Shown piece after piece: positions 8,789 to 19,703 of a DNA stretch of 64,000 bases. The notes under the pieces are model-generated. The model made no database searches. It was not told the DNA's origin and saw nothing but the letters and a program-made list of their open reading frames with translations. The stretch comes from a bacterium (GTDB taxonomy: Bacteria; Zhuqueibacterota; Zhuqueibacteria; Zhuqueibacterales; Zhuqueibacteraceae), in contig JBIOXB010000063.1 in NCBI GenBank assembly GCA_044869275.1, positions 1 through 64,000 of the forward strand. Direction: 5' to 3'. The stretch's first letter is position 1. Each line of letters opens with the position of its first letter. Position numbers and translations under genes: made by a program.

Positions 8789-9919
8789 TCACTTCCGCGC
8801 GCGCACCAGCACGATCACTCCCCCGATCAAGAAGATAATATTTCCCATCCACGCGCCCAACAGCGGAGGCAGGATGCCGCTCTGCGACAGCGTTTGCCCG
8901 GTTTTGATCGTGCCGAAAAAGAGAAAGGCGAGCACCAGGGTCATGCCCACGCCCACGGCGCCACTGGAGCGCGCGCGGCCCACGGCCAGGGGCGCGCCAA
9001 ACAGCACCATGATGAAGCTGGCAAAGGGAAATGAAATCTTCAGATGCAAATCCACCAGCCAGCGCTGCGGGTCGCTGCCATTGCTGGCCACTTCACGAAT
9101 GTAATTCTTGAGCTCGCGATACGACATCTCCTCCGGGTCCTTTTGCACTTTCACCAGCACTTCCGGCGTGAAAAAAAGATCGGTCAAAGCCAGCGTATCA
9201 AAAGGCACCGCCACCTCCCGGGCATTTTGAAAAGAGCGCCGGTAGCCCTTGATCGCCTGCCAATGATCATTTTGCCAGAGCAGCGCCGAGGCATCGAGCC
9301 GGCGCACGATGAATACCCCTTCGTATTCTTGAATGCTGGCGCGTTCCGCGGTTTTTTGCGCGGCATTGTAATGGCCGATAAAAACGCGGCGGCTGTGCAA
9401 ATGAGCTCCGGCCGCCGGCCGGAACCAATCCTGCTGCGCGCCCGCGTCGAGGTTTTCCTGCAAATATAAATTCGAGGCGCGCGAGGGCAGGTGGTGCGGC
9501 AGACGGTCGATATACTGATTTTTGATCTCCGCCTTGCGCTGGTTCGCAATCGGCACGATCCTCTCCGTGAAATACATCATGCCGAGGCTGAACAGAAAAC
9601 CCAGAATCAGCAGCGGCGCGAGGATGCGATACAGCGACAGGCCCGAGGCCTGCATCGCCGTGAGCTCGTTGTATTTGCTCAGCTGCCCGACGCTGAAGAG
9701 CGCGGCGAGCAGCATGCCGATGGGAAACATCAGCACGATGATGTAGGGCACGTAATAAAAAAAATAGCTCACGATCACCATGCCCGGCACTTGCCGGTCG
9801 ATATAATCCGAGAGCTTCTCGATGAGATCGACCACGACGAAAATGCTGGTGAAGGCGATCAGCGCAAACGCCAGGGTGAGCAGGAATTTTCGGCTGAGAT
9901 AGAGATCCAGTATGCGCAT
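8789..9919 (-). CDS. lptG: LPS export permease LptG (YjgP/YjgQ family)
   Basis: MRILDLYLSRKF start, NELTAMQASGLS, HLKISFPFA; multiple TM helices. Confidence 0.85.
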   Translation of the reverse strand: MRILDLYLSRKFLLTLAFALIAFTSIFVVVDLIEKLSDYIDRQVPGMVIVSYFFYYVPYIIVLMFPIGMLLAALFSVGQLSKYNELTAMQASGLSLYRILAPLLILGFLFSLGMMYFTERIVPIANQRKAEIKNQYIDRLPHHLPSRASNLYLQENLDAGAQQDWFRPAAGAHLHSRRVFIGHYNAAQKTAERASIQEYEGVFIVRRLDASALLWQNDHWQAIKGYRRSFQNAREVAVPFDTLALTDLFFTPEVLVKVQKDPEEMSYRELKNYIREVASNGSDPQRWLVDLHLKISFPFASFIMVLFGAPLAVGRARSSGAVGVGMTLVLAFLFFGTIKTGQTLSQSGILPPLLGAWMGNIIFLIGGVIVLVRARK

Positions 9920-10008
9920 ACGGCTTCCTGAAAGGCAATCCTGTAAAAGAATAGTATTCTTGCCCAGCGCCCGCCATTTCGCGGCCAATAATGGGCCAAG
10001 GCTTTGCG

Positions 10009-11565
10009 TCAATTCCGCGCGGCGGTGTCGCGGCGCGCGACCTTGCCTTTCTTTTGAATGGTTGGCGAGGAGGCAAACAGGCGCCGCAGCTTTTGCAGCA
10101 AGCCGGCAAGGCTCATGCCGGTTTGATCGTGCGCTGCACGCCAAAGAAAAAACAAACCCGCCGTGCCCACCACGAGGTTTGCCGACCACATGGCCACAAA
10201 GGGCGGAATAATTCGGCGGTCAGCCAAGTCTTCCCCTCCCACCAAAAACGTCCAATACATCAAAAAAAAGACCAGACTGATGCCGCCGCCGGTGGCCAGG
10301 CCGCCGCGACGCGACATCACGCCCAACGGCGCGCCAATGAGCACGAACACCAGGCAGGCGACGGGAATCGAATATTTTTTCTCGATCTCGACCATCAGCC
10401 CCTTGCTCTTCGTTTCAAACCCTTCCAGGAGGCTGGCTTCGCGTTCCACCTGATTCAAAAGCTGGCGGTGCAATTGCAGCTTTTCCGCCAGCGGCGAAAC
10501 CGGCGCGCCATTCAAGGGTGGCGGCGCGGCCAAGTCGAGCGCTGGCGCGTACTGTTCACGCGCGCGTGGCGGGGATTGCGATTTCGGACGTGCGCCGGCA
10601 CTGGTCCTGGGCGGTTTCAACACCGGTACGGTGGGCACGAGCGCGGAATCCCGCGGCAGCCCCAGCAGCATGTTGAGGCCGGCGGGCAAATTGACCGACA
10701 AAGCGGTATTGATGCGCGCGCGCACTTGCGCGATTTCCTTCTCATGGTTGGCCACGTCTTCTCGCATCTGCTGCGCGCTTTTTTCACGGTCGCCGCGATA
10801 TTCCGAGGCGCTGCGGTTCAAGAACATATCGTCGACGACGACCGAGATCACATGCTTGGGAAAAGTGACGCGCCGGAATTCGTTCGGCTTTTGCATGTCG
10901 ATTTCCTGCATCTCGCCGTCGTGCAGCGTGAGCACCAGCGCGGCGTGGCTGGCGTCCATGCCGATCGTGCCGCGTCGCGCTGAAATCACCCGGCTGAGCG
11001 TGGGGCTGTTGTAATCGTTGATCAACAAATTCCGCGCTTTGGTGACATTGGCGCTATCTTCTAATTCTTGCACCAGCAGGCCGTAATTGGGAATATCGTC
11101 GTACCATACCCCCGGCTCGATGTTGATCGTCGGCCGCTTGCGTGCGATGTCACTCGCCAGCAGGCGCGTGCGGTGATTGAAATCCGGCAGAACATTGTTG
11201 TTAAACCAAACCAGGCCCGCCGCGAGCAGGGCCGAAGCCACCGCCACCGGCGCAATAATGGCGAAAATGCTGACGCCGTTCGCTTCCATCGCCGCAATTT
11301 CGTTGTCTGCCGCCATGCGGCCAAAGGCCATGAGCGTGGCGGTTAAGACCGCCATGGGCACGGACAGCGCGATCATCCAGGCCATATTCAAAATAAAAAA
11401 CTCCAGCACCACGTTCCACGGCAGGCCTTTGCTCAGAATACGGCTCAATTCCCGGAACAGCATGTTCAGCAGGAACAGCAGCGTGATGGTGAAGAAAGCG
11501 AAGAAGAACGGCCCGATGTGCTGGCGGATGATGTAACGCGAGAGAATGAAAGTCTTCATGTGCAT
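10009..11565 (-). CDS. lptF: LPS export permease LptF (YjgP/YjgQ family)
   Basis: ILSRYIIR, ADNEIAAMEANGVS, KKYSIPVACLVFVLIGAPLG; paired with its paralog. Confidence 0.85.
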   Translation of the reverse strand: MHMKTFILSRYIIRQHIGPFFFAFFTITLLFLLNMLFRELSRILSKGLPWNVVLEFFILNMAWMIALSVPMAVLTATLMAFGRMAADNEIAAMEANGVSIFAIIAPVAVASALLAAGLVWFNNNVLPDFNHRTRLLASDIARKRPTINIEPGVWYDDIPNYGLLVQELEDSANVTKARNLLINDYNSPTLSRVISARRGTIGMDASHAALVLTLHDGEMQEIDMQKPNEFRRVTFPKHVISVVVDDMFLNRSASEYRGDREKSAQQMREDVANHEKEIAQVRARINTALSVNLPAGLNMLLGLPRDSALVPTVPVLKPPRTSAGARPKSQSPPRAREQYAPALDLAAPPPLNGAPVSPLAEKLQLHRQLLNQVEREASLLEGFETKSKGLMVEIEKKYSIPVACLVFVLIGAPLGVMSRRGGLATGGGISLVFFLMYWTFLVGGEDLADRRIIPPFVAMWSANLVVGTAGLFFLWRAAHDQTGMSLAGLLQKLRRLFASSPTIQKKGKVARRDTAARN

Positions 11566-11959
11566 GTCAAAAGAGGCAACGGATTATCACCATGCCGAAA
11601 ACTACAATCCATACTGGTTGGCGTCGCTTCTGTTGCTCATACAATATAGCAATCTCACCTTCCGCATGCTATGAAAATTTAATGGAGCCAACATTCGACT
11701 GGAACCGAAGTTACATGCTGAGCGTTTAGGCTATTGTCCCATCTCAGGATGCCGACTTTTTGCTTGATTCTAACACGTTTGATCTTTATTTTGCAACGCT
11801 TTAATTCATCCCGCATCCTTCACTCAAAAAACGAGGCGCTTATCGCACGATTTGCTACTGGTTTTTGATGCCAGAGTCGGTTCTTTTTGCCGGCAGAGAA
11901 TTCAAATCAGGAAGATGGCCGGAAAGAATCGCAACCATGAGAGCAAAAAACGAGTACTA

Positions 11960-14900
11960 ATGTTGAGTAAGCGACAAGAACGAAAGGCCGTGACCCGAGT
12001 TCTCTTTTGCTGTTTGGCCTTTTTAAGTTCTTTCCAACCAGTAGCGACGTCGTTCGGGCAAGATTCGTCTGAAGACCAAACCATCCGCGCGGAAATCGGC
12101 ATGCGCCTGCCGGACGCCTCGCGCTTGGATCCGCGCACATTTCCATTCGAAACTCAAACCTTGCCGGGGTTGACACTGAACGGCGCAGAAGGCTCCTGGC
12201 TGCGCTGGCAGCCGGTGTCGTTGCAGCGCCAGACCACGGTCGATTCCACCGGACGTTTCATCACCATTCGCGAAGATTTATTGGGCCTGCCGTTGCGCTT
12301 TCCCTTCAGCGTGCCGCTGGAAACTTATTATTCCATGCGGCTGGCCTACGAGCAGCACATGCTCTGGCAGCAAATGGCGGCGCGCAGCATTTATGGAGGA
12401 TTGGACGAGCAGCGCCTCGGCCGCGGCGGCGTGGATATCGACATTCCGGTGCCGATCAAAAGCAAGGCGTTTTCGCAGATTTTTGGCGGCAGCAGCGTGG
12501 GCTTGAACGTGCAGGGCGACATTCGCATCGAGGGCGGATTCCGGCGCGAGAAGCGCAGCGAGGCGCAGACCGTGCTGAATCGCGGCGCGAATACCAATTT
12601 TAAAATGAACCAGACACAGCGTTTTACCGTCACCGGCCGCATCGGCGAGAAAGTGACGGTGAACGTGGATCAAGACAGTGAGCGCCCCTTTGATTTTGAA
12701 AACAGCATCAAGCTCAATTACACCGGTTTCGATGACGATATTCTCAAGAAGATCGAGGCCGGCAACATCGCGTTGAGCCTGCCCGGCACGCGCTTCGTCA
12801 CATTTGGCGGCACCAGCGCGGGCTTGTTCGGCGTAAAATCCGAGATGCAGCTCGGCAATCTGTTCATCACCGGCATCGCCAGCCAGGAAAAGGGCGAGAA
12901 CAAAAAGCTGACCCTCTCCGGCGGCGCGACCGAAGGCTCGCAGAAAATCGAAGATTACCAATATCGCGCTCGTACCTATTACTTTGTTGACACCTTTTAT
13001 CGCGTACAATACCGCAATTACGCCTCGAAGTGGATTCACACTTACGATCCCGGCCGTGCGATCGCAGACATCGAAGTTTATAAGCTCACCCTAGAGAACG
13101 ACCCGGAAGGCCCAATCTCTGGCGTGGCGTACACTGTGCCACCTTTGCCCGGCTCCACGACACCCATAGATTCGACCGAAAAGGAGCCCGGTTTTTTCAA
13201 AAAACTTCGTCTCGATGTCGATTATAGCCTGGTACCCAATTTGGGCTATATTCGCATGGAGACGCCGGTGAATGAAACCGATGTGCTGGCGCTCGCCTAT
13301 AAGGATTCCAGCGGTCGAATCATTGGCAACATCGGTTATGCGCTCGATCCCACCTCCAGCCGCGCCAATCCGATCAAATTGAAGCTGCTCAAAAAAAGAA
13401 CGCCCCAGCCCAGCCGCGATCCCAACGCCACCTGGCACCTGGAATGGAAAAACGTTTATTCTCTCGGCAGCCGTAACATTCCACAAGAAGGCTTCGAGCT
13501 CAAGATCTATCAAAAACCCATTGGGGCCGGCGATGCGCAGGAGACGCTGATTCAAGAAGGCAAACCGCCGCGCTCCTTTCTCAACGTCTTCGCCCTGGAC
13601 GAGCGCAACACAAACGGCGCAACGACTCCCGATAACATCGTGGACAACGATCCCGCGATCATCGATTACGCGCGCGGCGAATTGATTTTCCCCGATCCTC
13701 GTCCGTTCGATCCTGACGGCGGCCCGTTTGGCTCGAGCACGCAGGTGGGCGACGCGAGCGAGCCCAATCGCCTGCCCAGCGATCTGCACGTCTCTGCGAT
13801 TTATGACACCACCAGCCCCAGCCATATCAACTTCAGCAGCCGCTTTTACATTTCGGTCAAATCGAAAAATCGCAGCACCAATTACAGCCTGGGCTTCAAT
13901 GTCATCGAAGGCTCGGAGGAAGTGCGCCTGAACGGCGGCATCTTGCAGCGCGACATCGATTATACCATTGACTATTTTTCCGGCAGCCTGACGCTGCTGT
14001 CGGAGCAGGCCACCAAACCCGACGCCACGGTGGAAGTGTCCTATCAAAGCAATCAATTATTCCAGCTCGAGAAAAAGACAATCATGGGGACGCGCGCGGA
14101 ATACCGCCTGGGGCGCGAATCCTTTATCGGCGGCACGTTTCTGTATCAAAACGAGCGTTCACTGGAGCAGCGCGTGCGCCTGGGTGGAGGCGACCGCGGC
14201 CCAATGAAGAATCTCATTTGGGACGTGAACACCAAGCTGGAATTCCGGCCCAATTTTCTTTCGCGCGTGCTCAACGCCATGCCTTTTCTTTCCACACAGG
14301 AAGGCAGTGTGCTGCGCCTCGAGGGCGAAGTGGCGCAGATTCTCCCCAACCCCAACACCCTCAATAGTGAATCCACGGGTGACGCTGACGGCGTGGCCTA
14401 CGTCGATGATTTCGAAGGCACAAAGCGCATCACGCCTCTGGGCGTGAACCGGCGCGGTTGGGTGCTCTCTTCCATTCCCCTCGAAATCTTGAATGAAGAA
14501 GGCGTGATCACCCGCCCCGATGACGGGCTTGGGCGCTTCAAACAAAGGCGTGCGCTGGCCCGGCGCGGTGATTTGTTGTGGTACAACACCCTGGTGCCGC
14601 TCCAAGTCATTTATCCCAATCGCGACGTGAACCCGCAAGTGGCGCAAACCGCCACGGTGATGAACCTCGAGTTTGCCCCGCACGACAAATACGACACCAC
14701 CTCGTTCAGTCCGTATAAGTCATGGGCCGGGCTCATGCGTGCACTTTCGCCCGGCTATTTCGATCAAACCGAAACCAAATTCCTCGAGCTTTGGATCAGA
14801 GGCACGCGTGGAAAAATTCACGTCGATCTCGGGCAGATTTCGGAAGACGTCATTCCGAATGGCCAGCTCGATTCGGAGGATCGGGTGCCGCGCAACCAGC

Positions 14901-17900
14901 TTTTGGATGAAGGCGAAGACAACGGCCTGGATGGCGACAACCGGCCCGATCGAGAGGATTTTTGGCGGGTGAAGGACTGGGATTTCAACCGCTCCACGCC
15001 GGTGTGGGGCGAGCCGCCCAGCAACGACGACTATTTTTTCATTTCCGGCACCACGGAATTTGGCGATCCCGGCCAGCCCTCGATCAACGGCACCCAGGGC
15101 AACAAAAACGACGAAGGCGGGGCGCGGCCCGATACCGAAGATCTCAACGGCAACGGTGGTTTGGATTTTACCGGCAACGAAAACTACTACAGCTACGCCT
15201 TCCATCTCGACCCGGCGCGGCGCAAATACGTAGAAGGCGGCAGCGACTCCTCCGGCTGGTTTTTATATCGCATTCCGCTGGTCGAAACCGTGCGTGTCAC
15301 CGGCACGCCCACTTTCTCCAACATCGAGTATGTCCGCGTTTGGATCGACAGTGTGGAGATTTCGCAAAACCCTGCCTTCGTGCAAATCGCTGAGATCAAT
15401 CTCGTCAGCAATGAATGGAAGGAAATCGGCTTATCCAATCAAGACAGCACGCTCACGGGCATCACACCAAATGACAAGAAGTTCAGAATCAGCGTGGTCA
15501 ACACGGAAGAAAATCCGTTCGCGCCGGCAAGCGCGTGCGATCCCGGCGAAAACAGTTACATTTCTCCTCCCGGCGTGCAGCGCGAACGCGACCGCATCAA
15601 CCAAGTCTTGGCAAAAGAACAATCGCAAGTTTTGGACGTCGATAGCCTGGGCCGTGATCAAAGCACGGCGATCGCGCAAAAAACATTTTACCAGCCCTTG
15701 AGCTTCGTTCATTATGCCCGCCTGAAAATGTTCATTTACGGCGCGGACAACAACAGCGACTTGATCCAGCCGGACAACTCGCAAATCGAATTTTACATTC
15801 GTTTCGGCGCAGATGAGAAGAATTTCTACGAGTTTCGCACGCGCGTGTATTGCGGCTGGGATCAGCGCAATGAAATGGATATCGATCTGGCCGAGCTGAC
15901 GAATTTCAAACGAACCAGCGCAACGGCAACACAGGTCATTGACAGCACCGGGGCGCTGCCGGTTCCGATCAGCGGCTATTATTACAAGACCATTCCCGGT
16001 CCGGTCGCGGGGGCGGTGCAAGAGCTGCGCGTGCGCGGCAACCCGTCGCTTACCAATATTCGCACCTTGGTCGCGGCGGTGCACAATCGCAGCAAGGACA
16101 GGCTTTTTTTCGGTGAAATTTGGATGGACGAGTTGCGGGCCTCGGGCGTGGAAAAGCAGAAAGGCATTGCCGCGCGCGCCCGCGCGGATTTGAAGGTGGC
16201 CGACTTCGCCAATATCAACGCCGAGATCGAGCAGCTCGATGCTGATTTTCACAACGTTTCCACCCGCTTCGGCACCGGCGACAACTCCCGGCGCTTGACG
16301 CTGGGCGGCAGCGTGCAGGCGGACAAATTGCTGCCGCAATGGCTGGGATTGTCTGCGCCAGTGAGCGCGAGCTATTCCGAAAGCAGATCCACCCCCAAAT
16401 ACTTCCCCGGCAGCGACATCATCGTGCTGACTTCGGAACTGGATGACACCACGCTCTCGCGCATCGAATCTTACACCAACCAGATGGGATTCAACCTCAC
16501 CCTGCGCCGGCGCGTGAAGTCGAGCAATTTTTTCATCAAGAATACGATCGACAATGTAGGGGCGGGGTTGAGCTATACGTATGCCGATGCGCACAACAGC
16601 ACGACCAAACTTTCCCGGCGCACGGGCTTCGCCGGCAATTTGGATTATGCCCTGGCCTTCGGCAACAACAATTTCATCAAGCCGTTTGCGTGGATCGGCA
16701 GGGCGCCGCTCTTAGGCATGTTGCGCAATACCAAGCTCTATTACACGCCCCAGCGCGTCGATGCGCGCATGCAAGCGACGAGCACCGACTCGCGCAGTCA
16801 GACCCGTACTCTCAAGCCGGGCGCTGAGGGGGAAATACCCGGCCTGCTGGTGCGTCCGCCCACGGACTACAACGTGCAGCACAGCTTCGGCACTTCCTTC
16901 AAAATTCTTGAAAATCTAACTGCGGACTTCTCCCGCGCCTACAGCAGCAAAGTCCGTCCCGACACCCTCAATGTCACCGGGGCCAAAGCCGGCAAAATCG
17001 GTTTTGCCGAAGGCTTGCAGCGTTTCGCCGATGGCTACGCGGATTTGCTCAGCAGCACGCAGAGCTTCAACGCGCGCTATAACCCGACGCTGGTGAGCTG
17101 GATGACCAACAGCGTCACCTATACCAGCTCTTTTCGTTACAACAACAACATCCAACAAGTCGATGTCGGGCGCAGTGCGGGCGTGAGCTCCACCTTCGGG
17201 GTGACCTCCTCGATCCGCTTGTCGCAATTTTTCCAGTCTTTACAAAACAAGCGCAAGACCGCGACGACGCCCACCGGCACACGCAGGCCGCCGGGGCGGA
17301 CGGCCCCGGGCGAGCAGCCGCCGAAAGAAGAGGGTCAGGAAGAGGAAGGCGCGCCGCAGCGCCGGCCGCCGGGCGAGCAGCCACCAGGTGAGCAGCCTCC
17401 GGGCGACAAAGAAGCACCCAAGGCAGGAGAGAAAACCAAAGAGAAATCGCAGCCAGAGGAAAAAGGCGGCGGCGCAGGCATCAATCCCGTTTCGCTTTTC
17501 ATCAACACTCTGGCCAAGCTCCGGGACGTCCAGTTGAGTTTCAATCAGCGTGACAATCTCAACCACAACGCGCTGGCTTCGGGCGACATCAACGTGAGAT
17601 ACATGTTCGGCTTGGAACCCGATCCGGGCACGGGCACGGCGAGCAATTATACCGGCATCTTCCGCTCGACGACGAAGGGCAAAACGTTCAGCGCCGCCAC
17701 GGGCGTGGACCTGACCCGGAACCTCAATTTGAATCTGAAGTTCGATTACGACGTGCAGGAAACCGAGACCAGCAATCGTACCGGCACGACTGCTATGTCC
17801 TATTTGCAATTGGGCAGCGAGGGCAGCGGCATTCCCTTCCCGGAATGGACGATCACGTGGAACGGCCTGGAGAAATTCCCGCTGTTCAGACGCATCGCCA

Positions 17901-18496
17901 GCTCGGCCAGCGCCAGCACCAATATCGGCGGCAAAAAATCCACGGCGTGGAAAGATTCCACCTCCGGTTTGATTGGCGAGGATTTTTCCCTCAATTTCCG
18001 CCCGCTGATACGCTTGAATATCAACTGGAAAAACGGCATGGTCACCACCGCGCAGTACAACCAAGCCAGCGGCTACCGGCCCACCTATAACCCCATCGGC
18101 CAACTGGACGAAGAAGGGTTTCTCGACACCTTCCAAAGCGCGGCGTTCAGCCGCACCAACGATCTCTCGTTCACGCATACCTATTCCAAACGCTCGGGCT
18201 TTCGCATACCGCTGCCGTTTCTCAGAAACAAAGAGCTGAAAAACAGCGTCGATCTCAGCATCAATTACACGCGCAGCCTCACCGAGAGCAGCGCCAAATA
18301 CAGCCGGGATTCGCAGGAAGTGGTAAACAACTCCACCGCGCGCTGGGAATTCAGCCCGCGCGTCACCTACACCTTCAGCAACCGCGTCCGGGGCGGCGCA
18401 CATTTTCTGTATGGCAAGACCGAAAGCCGCCTGATTGGCAAGACCACCATCACCGAGCTTGGCATCGACGTGAACATTTCGATTCGCGGGCAGTAG
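11960..18496 (+). CDS. sprA: SprA/Sov type IX secretion system outer-membrane translocon (start uncertain, 11852-11960)
   Basis: About 2200 aa; GRIGEKVTVNVD...FDFENSIKLNYTGFDDDILKKIEAGNI, YVDDFEG, DTEDLNGNG, IWMDELR; beta-strand-rich C-terminus. Confidence 0.92.
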   Translation: MLSKRQERKAVTRVLFCCLAFLSSFQPVATSFGQDSSEDQTIRAEIGMRLPDASRLDPRTFPFETQTLPGLTLNGAEGSWLRWQPVSLQRQTTVDSTGRFITIREDLLGLPLRFPFSVPLETYYSMRLAYEQHMLWQQMAARSIYGGLDEQRLGRGGVDIDIPVPIKSKAFSQIFGGSSVGLNVQGDIRIEGGFRREKRSEAQTVLNRGANTNFKMNQTQRFTVTGRIGEKVTVNVDQDSERPFDFENSIKLNYTGFDDDILKKIEAGNIALSLPGTRFVTFGGTSAGLFGVKSEMQLGNLFITGIASQEKGENKKLTLSGGATEGSQKIEDYQYRARTYYFVDTFYRVQYRNYASKWIHTYDPGRAIADIEVYKLTLENDPEGPISGVAYTVPPLPGSTTPIDSTEKEPGFFKKLRLDVDYSLVPNLGYIRMETPVNETDVLALAYKDSSGRIIGNIGYALDPTSSRANPIKLKLLKKRTPQPSRDPNATWHLEWKNVYSLGSRNIPQEGFELKIYQKPIGAGDAQETLIQEGKPPRSFLNVFALDERNTNGATTPDNIVDNDPAIIDYARGELIFPDPRPFDPDGGPFGSSTQVGDASEPNRLPSDLHVSAIYDTTSPSHINFSSRFYISVKSKNRSTNYSLGFNVIEGSEEVRLNGGILQRDIDYTIDYFSGSLTLLSEQATKPDATVEVSYQSNQLFQLEKKTIMGTRAEYRLGRESFIGGTFLYQNERSLEQRVRLGGGDRGPMKNLIWDVNTKLEFRPNFLSRVLNAMPFLSTQEGSVLRLEGEVAQILPNPNTLNSESTGDADGVAYVDDFEGTKRITPLGVNRRGWVLSSIPLEILNEEGVITRPDDGLGRFKQRRALARRGDLLWYNTLVPLQVIYPNRDVNPQVAQTATVMNLEFAPHDKYDTTSFSPYKSWAGLMRALSPGYFDQTETKFLELWIRGTRGKIHVDLGQISEDVIPNGQLDSEDRVPRNQLLDEGEDNGLDGDNRPDREDFWRVKDWDFNRSTPVWGEPPSNDDYFFISGTTEFGDPGQPSINGTQGNKNDEGGARPDTEDLNGNGGLDFTGNENYYSYAFHLDPARRKYVEGGSDSSGWFLYRIPLVETVRVTGTPTFSNIEYVRVWIDSVEISQNPAFVQIAEINLVSNEWKEIGLSNQDSTLTGITPNDKKFRISVVNTEENPFAPASACDPGENSYISPPGVQRERDRINQVLAKEQSQVLDVDSLGRDQSTAIAQKTFYQPLSFVHYARLKMFIYGADNNSDLIQPDNSQIEFYIRFGADEKNFYEFRTRVYCGWDQRNEMDIDLAELTNFKRTSATATQVIDSTGALPVPISGYYYKTIPGPVAGAVQELRVRGNPSLTNIRTLVAAVHNRSKDRLFFGEIWMDELRASGVEKQKGIAARARADLKVADFANINAEIEQLDADFHNVSTRFGTGDNSRRLTLGGSVQADKLLPQWLGLSAPVSASYSESRSTPKYFPGSDIIVLTSELDDTTLSRIESYTNQMGFNLTLRRRVKSSNFFIKNTIDNVGAGLSYTYADAHNSTTKLSRRTGFAGNLDYALAFGNNNFIKPFAWIGRAPLLGMLRNTKLYYTPQRVDARMQATSTDSRSQTRTLKPGAEGEIPGLLVRPPTDYNVQHSFGTSFKILENLTADFSRAYSSKVRPDTLNVTGAKAGKIGFAEGLQRFADGYADLLSSTQSFNARYNPTLVSWMTNSVTYTSSFRYNNNIQQVDVGRSAGVSSTFGVTSSIRLSQFFQSLQNKRKTATTPTGTRRPPGRTAPGEQPPKEEGQEEEGAPQRRPPGEQPPGEQPPGDKEAPKAGEKTKEKSQPEEKGGGAGINPVSLFINTLAKLRDVQLSFNQRDNLNHNALASGDINVRYMFGLEPDPGTGTASNYTGIFRSTTKGKTFSAATGVDLTRNLNLNLKFDYDVQETETSNRTGTTAMSYLQLGSEGSGIPFPEWTITWNGLEKFPLFRRIASSASASTNIGGKKSTAWKDSTSGLIGEDFSLNFRPLIRLNINWKNGMVTTAQYNQASGYRPTYNPIGQLDEEGFLDTFQSAAFSRTNDLSFTHTYSKRSGFRIPLPFLRNKELKNSVDLSINYTRSLTESSAKYSRDSQEVVNNSTARWEFSPRVTYTFSNRVRGGAHFLYGKTESRLIGKTTITELGIDVNISIRGQ

Positions 18497-18690
18497 AGGA
18501 TGATATGACCGTTTTCTTGGCTGAGGCTCCATTCGCATAAACTACCGGCGTCACGCCCTCTTTGTTTTTCAGGCACATGCCTGAGCGCGGAATGACAAAC
18601 ACACCTCAGCGCCGGGCTATTGTGGGGTGCCGTATAACCATGAGTTCCAGACCAATGAGATCTTGTATCTCAAACAACTGGAGAAGCACA

Positions 18691-19629
18691 ATGAAAGGCA
18701 TGATGTGGTGTGCAATCGTTTCGAGTACTCTGGTGCTGACTCTCTCATGCCGGCCAGAGTTGCAAGAAGCGAGATTCTCGAGCTTCCCACAGTCCAAACT
18801 TGATGCGGTCAACTTCTTAATCGGCGACCTGAGTTTTGTTGCAAAGTACGGGACACTGCCAGACAAAGAGGTTGACGAGAAACTAAGAATCTCGGTCCAC
18901 TTGGAGTTCGTTGAAAACTTATTGCGCGAAAAGGCGTCTGGCCATTTAAGCCCCCTTCAAAGAAAAGCGAGATGGCAGAATATCGATCGCTTGCAAGAGT
19001 ATCGGCGGAACGGGATTTTTCCCCGGAATTATGATTATCCGAGCCGAAGGAAACCTTGTTTTATTGATAAATATGGCAGGATTTGTGCCGTGGGCCATCT
19101 CATTGAAAAAACCGTAAATAGAAAATTTGCCGAGGAACATAATGCCCGATTTCAGTATCAGACCATTTTTGAGATGCAGTCTGTAGAACTGGAAGGGTGG
19201 ATTTCTCAAAGTGGCCTGAGCAGAGATGAACTCGCCATGATTCAACCGACTTATGGATTCGAAGAAGAAAATGGCAAAGACAAAATCTCAAAGGAAGTGG
19301 AAGCCGTAGGCCTAGCTCTTACTGGTTCATCCGTCTTAATTAATAGCATATACATAGGCCAGCAGAAAAAGCATTTGCTCGCGGGATCCTTGGGCCTCTT
19401 GCTCGGCACCACGAGTCTTGCCACGGGATTGTCAGATAAATCCAATTACAGTGTTCCCGATATCGCATTGGGGACTGCAGCAATAGTGACGGGGATTTTG
19501 AATTTGTCTTTGGGGAGGAAAGAAAACAAAAGCTCGAACCACCGAGAGCCCATGCCTCAAAAAGCTCAAATCGGCCTTGGGATGATACCGGTAGAAAATC
19601 GATTCGGTGTGGGATTAAGCATGAGATAG
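18691..19629 (+). CDS. Hypothetical membrane-associated or lipoprotein, AT-richer than flanks
   Basis: Long ORF, possible lipobox LTLSC, FPRN...PCFID...CAVGHL motif, C-terminal hydrophobic helices. Confidence 0.7.
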   Translation: MKGMMWCAIVSSTLVLTLSCRPELQEARFSSFPQSKLDAVNFLIGDLSFVAKYGTLPDKEVDEKLRISVHLEFVENLLREKASGHLSPLQRKARWQNIDRLQEYRRNGIFPRNYDYPSRRKPCFIDKYGRICAVGHLIEKTVNRKFAEEHNARFQYQTIFEMQSVELEGWISQSGLSRDELAMIQPTYGFEEENGKDKISKEVEAVGLALTGSSVLINSIYIGQQKKHLLAGSLGLLLGTTSLATGLSDKSNYSVPDIALGTAAIVTGILNLSLGRKENKSSNHREPMPQKAQIGLGMIPVENRFGVGLSMR

Positions 19630-19703
19630 ATTCTTTGATTTGAACTTGGGCGTGATTCCAAACATCGTCAAATTAGTGCGACCCAATCAAACACTCATAT
19701 TGC

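Noticed and set aside
15431..18538. Long minus-strand ORFs (387 and 432 aa)
   Set aside because: Shadows of sprA expected from GC-rich codon bias.
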